A stretch of DNA of 60,671 nt from Welwitschia mirabilis (taxonomy: Eukaryota): the NCBI GenBank assembly GCA_051453625.1, contig JBOZIK010000001.1, positions 36,694,799 to 36,755,469 of the forward strand, given 5' to 3'. This document shows positions 55,294 through 60,671 of this stretch, piece by piece (position 1 is the first letter of the stretch; each line of letters opens with the position of its first letter). The position numbers and the translations under genes are program-made. The notes beneath the pieces were generated by a model. It did no database searches. It was not told where the DNA came from and saw only the letters and a program-made list of their open reading frames with translations.

Positions 55294-58200
55294 GTTTAAT
55301 GGCTTCTTCAATTGCTATTTTGTTTTATTAGATAAATCAAATCACTATGGATTAGGAGGCATTTCCTATTTAGGAATCTGGATAGATTTTAAATAAATCT
55401 TTTTAATGTAATTATGAAGCTTATTATAGTAATTTTTTACTTGTTACAAGATTTTTTTTCTTATTCATTTCTTTAAAGATTTATGTTTTCTCCACTTTTA
55501 GATAAAAAACATGAGTTTATGTTTTATTAAGCTCCTTCTAGAGTAATTTGTTATTACTCTTTGTTTTTGTTAATTTTTCTTTTTAATACTTATGTATATT
55601 GATAATCGTTATCCTTTATTTGTCAAAGATTAATAAGAATTTTATCTAAAATTAATTTTTTTATTTCTTTGCTTTATTAACTCTTTCTTAATATCTTCAT
55701 TTTATAGCTACAAAATTGTCATTACAACTTATTAAAATTTTTCTTTAGTGACCTCTTTTATTTTTTATCATCTTTAGTCCGTGGGTATAATATAATATTT
55801 CCTTGACTTCTTTGGTAATTAGCATTTCTAAAATTCTATTATATTTTACAAGTTTATCTTCATTAAAAGCTTTAATTCATGAATGACTTAATTCTTGTAG
55901 TAATTCTTTATCTTCATTTTTAATGGAATTTTCTACTACTTTGGCATAAACCATAAGGTTTTTAATGAACTATTGAGAAATAAGACTATCAATGATATTA
56001 GAAAAAGAGTCACATGTTTAGTATTTATGTTTTTCATATTTTAAAAAACTTTACATGCTAACTTTGAGTTTCTACATAAATTTAACAACTTTTAACTAAG
56101 CATTATAAAAAGGGTCATTACTAAAAGTGGTCAAAACTCTATGTTGTTTCTTGCACAATTTTCTAAAATTTCTATTTCATTTTCTACTAAATGCTTTCAT
56201 TTAGCTTTAGCTATAAACATAGTTATTTTAGTAAGTTCCCTTAATGAAATAATCTCTTTAGATTGTAAGGGAGCTTTTGGAACACCAAAAATTAATGCTG
56301 ATGGACCACTGGATGAAATCATATTTTGTATTCACTATGAGAAAATAAGAACTATAGTATCTATCTTTGAACTTCTTCTTCTTATCTTGTCTTTATTCAT
56401 ATAGATTGTATACTAAGGAAAAAATTAAAAGAACTAAAATCTAATAAGAAAATGCGATAGCATTAGTGAAAAGAAGTACCTGTTAAAGAAAAGAGTACCT
56501 AATTTACTGGGTATGAAAACTTCTTCCAAATCTAAGACATTTATGATGAGAGATATGAGAAAATTCAGGATGTAGAGGAATCTAAGTGGGACACTCACTA
56601 AGAAAAGAGTTGAAAATGATGGATGGTGGTTCCTTTTCTAAATAAAAAAAGGGTTAAAAATCCTCATTTTGACAAGTGTTTTATTTTTGTATGTAGTATA
56701 TTTAAAAACATATACTATTAGAAAGATGTCTAAAATGATGAAATTAGATGTCTATAAGTGAAAAAAATTTAAAAGTTTATACTTACCTTCTAAAGGTATC
56801 TAATATACCAAAGATGTCTACTAGAAGATGTTTACAAACTAAAGACATTTCCAAGATAGATGTCTTCCACTTAAAAGATGTCAATAAGAGCTTCAAAATT
56901 TGCTATGACTAATAGAAATGTTAGACTATCAGAATTTAAAAAAAAAGGAAAAAAATGATAAGATAACATGCACAGAATAGACTAGTTTATGTTCTAGCTT
57001 AAAAAAAGAAAAAAAAAAAAGAAAAAAAAATGATAAGGCAACATGCACATAATAGACTAGTTTATGTTCTAGTTATTATCTCAACTCATAGAATATTATA
57101 ATGTAAAGTTGAAATTTTAAAAGTGATTACCTAGTGGCTTGCCTAATTAGGTTTAAGTTTTTGCATAATTTGACAAACGTGTTATTACTTAATGATTTGG
57201 TAAATACATTGGTGAATTAATCATCAATATCAATATATTTCACCATGATGTCTTTGTTTTATACATGCTTTCTGAGGAAATGGTATCTAATCTCTATGTT
57301 TGGTTCTTGAATATTAAATTGGATTCTTTGAGATGCTGATAACACTTTTGTTGTTGCAATAAATTGAAATGATTTTGTGATTAGATTAAAGTCTTCTAAG
57401 ATTTGCTTTATTGAAAGTAACTAAGCATAATAGCTTCTAGCCGTGATGTATTTAGCTTTAAAGTTAAGAGAATAGTTGAATTTTGATTTTTACTACTCTA
57501 AGCTACTAAACACTACCCAAGCAAAAAGCAATTTCCACTAGTACTCCATCTATATTCTTTCAACCTACCCTATCTATATCACAATACCTAACTAAATTAT
57601 AATAGGAGTTCCTTGAATACCAAAAGCCTTAATTAGTATTACCTTTTAAATAGTGAAGAATTATTTTAACTATTATTAGATGTGGTTCTCTAGGAATCAC
57701 TTTGATAATGAGCATAAATGCCTACACTTAAAATGATATCATACCTACCAGTAGTAAGATATAATAAGTTATTGATTATACCTCTATATAGCTTTTGGTC
57801 ATCCTTCTTATTATGCTCATCCTTATTTAGTTTCATGCTTTAGCTCATTGGGATATCTTTGGCCTACAATCCTATAAGATATAGTTAAAAAACAAATTTT
57901 TAACATATTTAGTTTGAGAAACAAATGAACCTTATTTGTGTTACACTACTTGAAGCCCTAAGAAGTTACTCATTTCTCTTATAAGGCTCATTTCAAATTC
58001 ATCCTACATAATCTTAGCAAACTTGTTATATAATAATTCATTAGTAGCACCAAAAATGATATCATCTACGTAGATTTATATAATAGTAACATCCTTACCA
58101 TCTATTCTAATGAACATTGTAATATCAGATGTATCTCTTTTGAATTCATTTTCTGTTAGATGTTTTAAGAGGATCTTATACTAAGCTCTAAGTGATTGCT

Positions 58201-59542
58201 TGGGATCATAGAAAGTTTTTTTAATTCTATAAACATAATTTGGTTCATGGGTGTTTGTAGACCCTTTAGATTGCTCAACATATGTCTCTTCTTAAATTTC
58301 TCCCTTTAGAAAGGCACTTTTGACATTCATCTGATAGAGTTTAAATCCTCTGATACATGCAAAGGCTAAAATCATTTTTATAGACTTCTTACATGCTTCT
58401 GGTGCAAAGGTTTCTTTAAATTCTATGTCTTCTTATTGATTGTAATCTTTATCTACTAACGTCGCTTTATTTTTGATAACATTACTAGTTTTATCTATTT
58501 TATTTCTAAAGATCCATTTTATGTCAATGACAGGTATGTTGGATGGCCTTGGAGTGATTTTCTAGACGTCATACCTTTTAAACTAATTAATTCCTCTTAC
58601 ATTATTAGCATCCAATGCTCATCATTTTCTACTTCACTAATATTTTTGAGCTCTTCCTATGAGATATATGTTGCAAATTCATAAAATTCATTAATATGGC
58701 TTTAAGTTTGAATACCACCATATGGGCTACCTATGACGTTACTTTTGGAATAATTGCTCTTTAGTTTAACAATGTTTGAATAGGTTTTCTTATCTATTTC
58801 TTCTTCTTTTTCTTCCTTATGTTTTGATTGTTCTTGAGAATTACTATAATGTTATTTAAGTTGTATGAAAATATAGTCATTCTACACACAAATAGAAATT
58901 GAATTAATATTATTCATTTTGATGTTTATAGTTTTCTCTACCATATGACTTTTGTTGTTAAACATTTGGTCAACTTTATTGACCATGAAGTAACCTAAAA
59001 TAATGCCATTATAAACTTTGAAATTAAATTTTCTTAGCTTATCCTTCTCATTTAAAATGAAATATTTTAAACCAAATATATGAAAATAACTTACTAAGGG
59101 TTTGTTATCAAACTATAATTCATATGATATTTTTTGAAGTAAAGTGTTTTACTAGAACTTGATTAGAAACATAGCATGCAGTGTTAATAGCTTTCATCCA
59201 AAAATGATATGAAATCTATTGATCATGCATCGTTGTTCTTGTCATTTCATTTAGAACTTGTTATTTCTTTTAGTAACTACATTTTATTGTGAGGTCTTGA
59301 TGCAAAGGATTGGTTAAGGATATCAAACTATTTAAAAAGTCCATAAACCTTTCATTTTTAAATTTAGTGCTATTATTACTTCTTATTATGTTGATCTTGT
59401 ATTCCTTTTGGTTCTGTAAGCTAATACACAATTTAGAGAAAATGTCAAATGTTTCATCCTTATGTGGAGAAAAGGCTATGTATGTGAAATTAGAGGAATC
59501 ACCAATAATAACTAGATAATATATTTTTTCACTAATACTTTT
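55294..59542 (-). mobile_element. Decayed SIRE-type Ty1/copia element: IN-RT-RH plus long 3' region
   Basis: On the minus strand: integrase KSISEKIYYLVIIGDSSNFT and FWMKAINTACYVSN; RT QMNVKSAFLKGEI*EETYVEQ, *IYVDDIIFGATN (~58040-58080) and FEMSLIREMSNFLGLQV; RNase H remnants to ~57080. QIYVDDIIFG and FEMS..GE..FLGLQ are typical of SIRE RT. Confidence 0.9.
56940..57072. repeat. Tandem duplication, 2 copies, with poly-A
   Basis: AAAAAATGATAAG..AACATGCACA.AATAGACTAGTTTATGTTCTAG occurs twice, just 3' of the copia pol. Confidence 0.85.
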
Positions 59543-59783
59543 TGTAGGATCGTGAACCCTAGAGGGGGGTGAATAGGACTTCTGAAAATTTTAAATAATT
59601 ATTACTTTCAAAAAAATTATGTATAAAAAGATATAACAAATTGAAATAAAAGAACAAAACCAAAACAAATATAGAAGACAAGATTTATAGTGGTTCGGGA
59701 TACACCATACTTCACTCTCGGAAGATAGTCAATGATCAAAACTATTCTTGATCTCTGTTGCATCACTATGAACTAGGTTTTCA

Positions 59784-59907
59784 AGGCTAACCTTTAACCT
59801 TACAAAGTGGAATTTTTCAGGATAAATCTCAACCTCTTCAAATGGACTTTTGCAGGCTTAGTCTCAACCTCTTCAAATAGACTTTTACAGGCTAAGTCTC
59901 AACCTTC
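59784..59907. repeat. 35-bp tandem repeat, about 3.5 copies, inside the SIRE LTR
   Basis: Units like AGGCTAAGTCTCAACCTCTTCAAATGGACTTTTGC start at 59784, 59819, 59854 and 59889. Confidence 0.85.
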
Positions 59908-60289
59908 AAAAATGCATAATAGTGAGTAAAAGAATGAATCCTCAATGCTCTAGATCACTTGAGTGAAAGAACTAGCAATGGAGCCTTAATGCTCAGATCT
60001 GATACAAAGATAAGCGTTGAGTGAGAGAAGAATAATAATACATAGATAAGCCCTTTTGATCAAGAGTGTAATCTTCCTTTCTAAAAATCTAATCCAATGT
60101 CTAGCACTATTGATTTTTGAGTGTTGCCTCTTATTTATAGATTTCTTAAAAATATAACCATTTGGATAGTTGGGCATGAATCTGACATTTGCAACAGATA
60201 GATTTAGTGAAGTAATGATTAGAAAATCACTTTAAAATTTTTGCTTCTGCACTGACCGATCGACCCTTCGAAAAATTCAATCGACCCGA

Positions 60290-60575
60290 GATCTGATCGC
60301 CCTTATACAAATGTTAGGTCACCCTTGTTTGACTTGGTTTTTATAGTCTGCTCATTAGGTCTACCTTATAGAAATGTTAGGTAGCCCTTACAGGTTCGGT
60401 TGTCCTTACAGAAATGTTAGGTCGACCTCATACATGTTTGATCGCTCTTGCAGAAATGTTAGGTTGCCCTTACTTAGCTCAGTTTTGATAGTCTGCCTAT
60501 TAGGTTATCCTTACAAAAATCTTGGGTAGCCCTTATAGGTCCAGTCACCCTTACAAAAATGTTAGGTCGACCCCA
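60290..60575. repeat. Array of short repeated motifs in the LTR upstream of the TATA box
   Basis: AAATGTTAGGT(C/A/T).CCCTTA recurs at about 60310, 60372, 60411, 60454 and 60557. A higher-order repeat of about 145 bp is marked by ATAGTCTGC at ~60343 and ~60488. Confidence 0.8.
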
Positions 60576-60671
60576 TATGAGGTAGTCTTAAATAGAACAT
60601 GTCCAAAACTTGCTATCTTTTGGATATAGATCTGGTAGTTTCTTGCACCTATAAAAATACTTTTCATTCTA

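Larger units (their letters stand above)
59543..60671 (-). mobile_element. SIRE-type LTR (3' LTR or solo LTR) inserted into the older copia integrase region; runs off the window
   Basis: The minus-strand end reads CCTATTCACCCCCCTCTAGGGTTCACGATCCTACA, the C-rich Sirevirus LTR terminus. No PBS is adjacent. TATA box CTATAAATAA (reverse complement of 60131-60140), with repeated motifs upstream of it at 60250-60575. Confidence 0.85.

Noticed and set aside
59784..60575. Regularly spaced repeats that might be taken for a CRISPR-like array
   Set aside because: They are tandem, degenerate units without unique spacers, inside a plant LTR.

Overview
Land-plant nuclear genomic DNA from a gapped short-read scaffold with many N runs. 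The only intact protein-coding gene I can support is a 13-exon glycoside hydrolase family 1 (GH1) beta-glucosidase-like gene (4179..7142, +, 517 aa, predicted signal peptide). It keeps both catalytic glutamates but has unusual active-site motifs ([18 protein letters not shown]), and there are MYB AC elements upstream. Most of the remaining sequence is a nest of decayed, AT-rich transposons: an L1-type LINE; a Ty1/copia element split by a 10-kb CACTA element (28-bp TIRs, 3-bp TSD ATA) that carries exon-like cargo; two Athila-type Ty3/gypsy elements, one full-length (41380..54627) with a 5-bp TSD AATAT and a decayed extra ORF; two SIRE-type copia remnants; and a better-preserved SIRE-type LTR at the right end. 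I find no clearly new biological system. The best leads are the divergent GH1 active site and the cargo-carrying CACTA element. All coordinates and alignments were read by eye.
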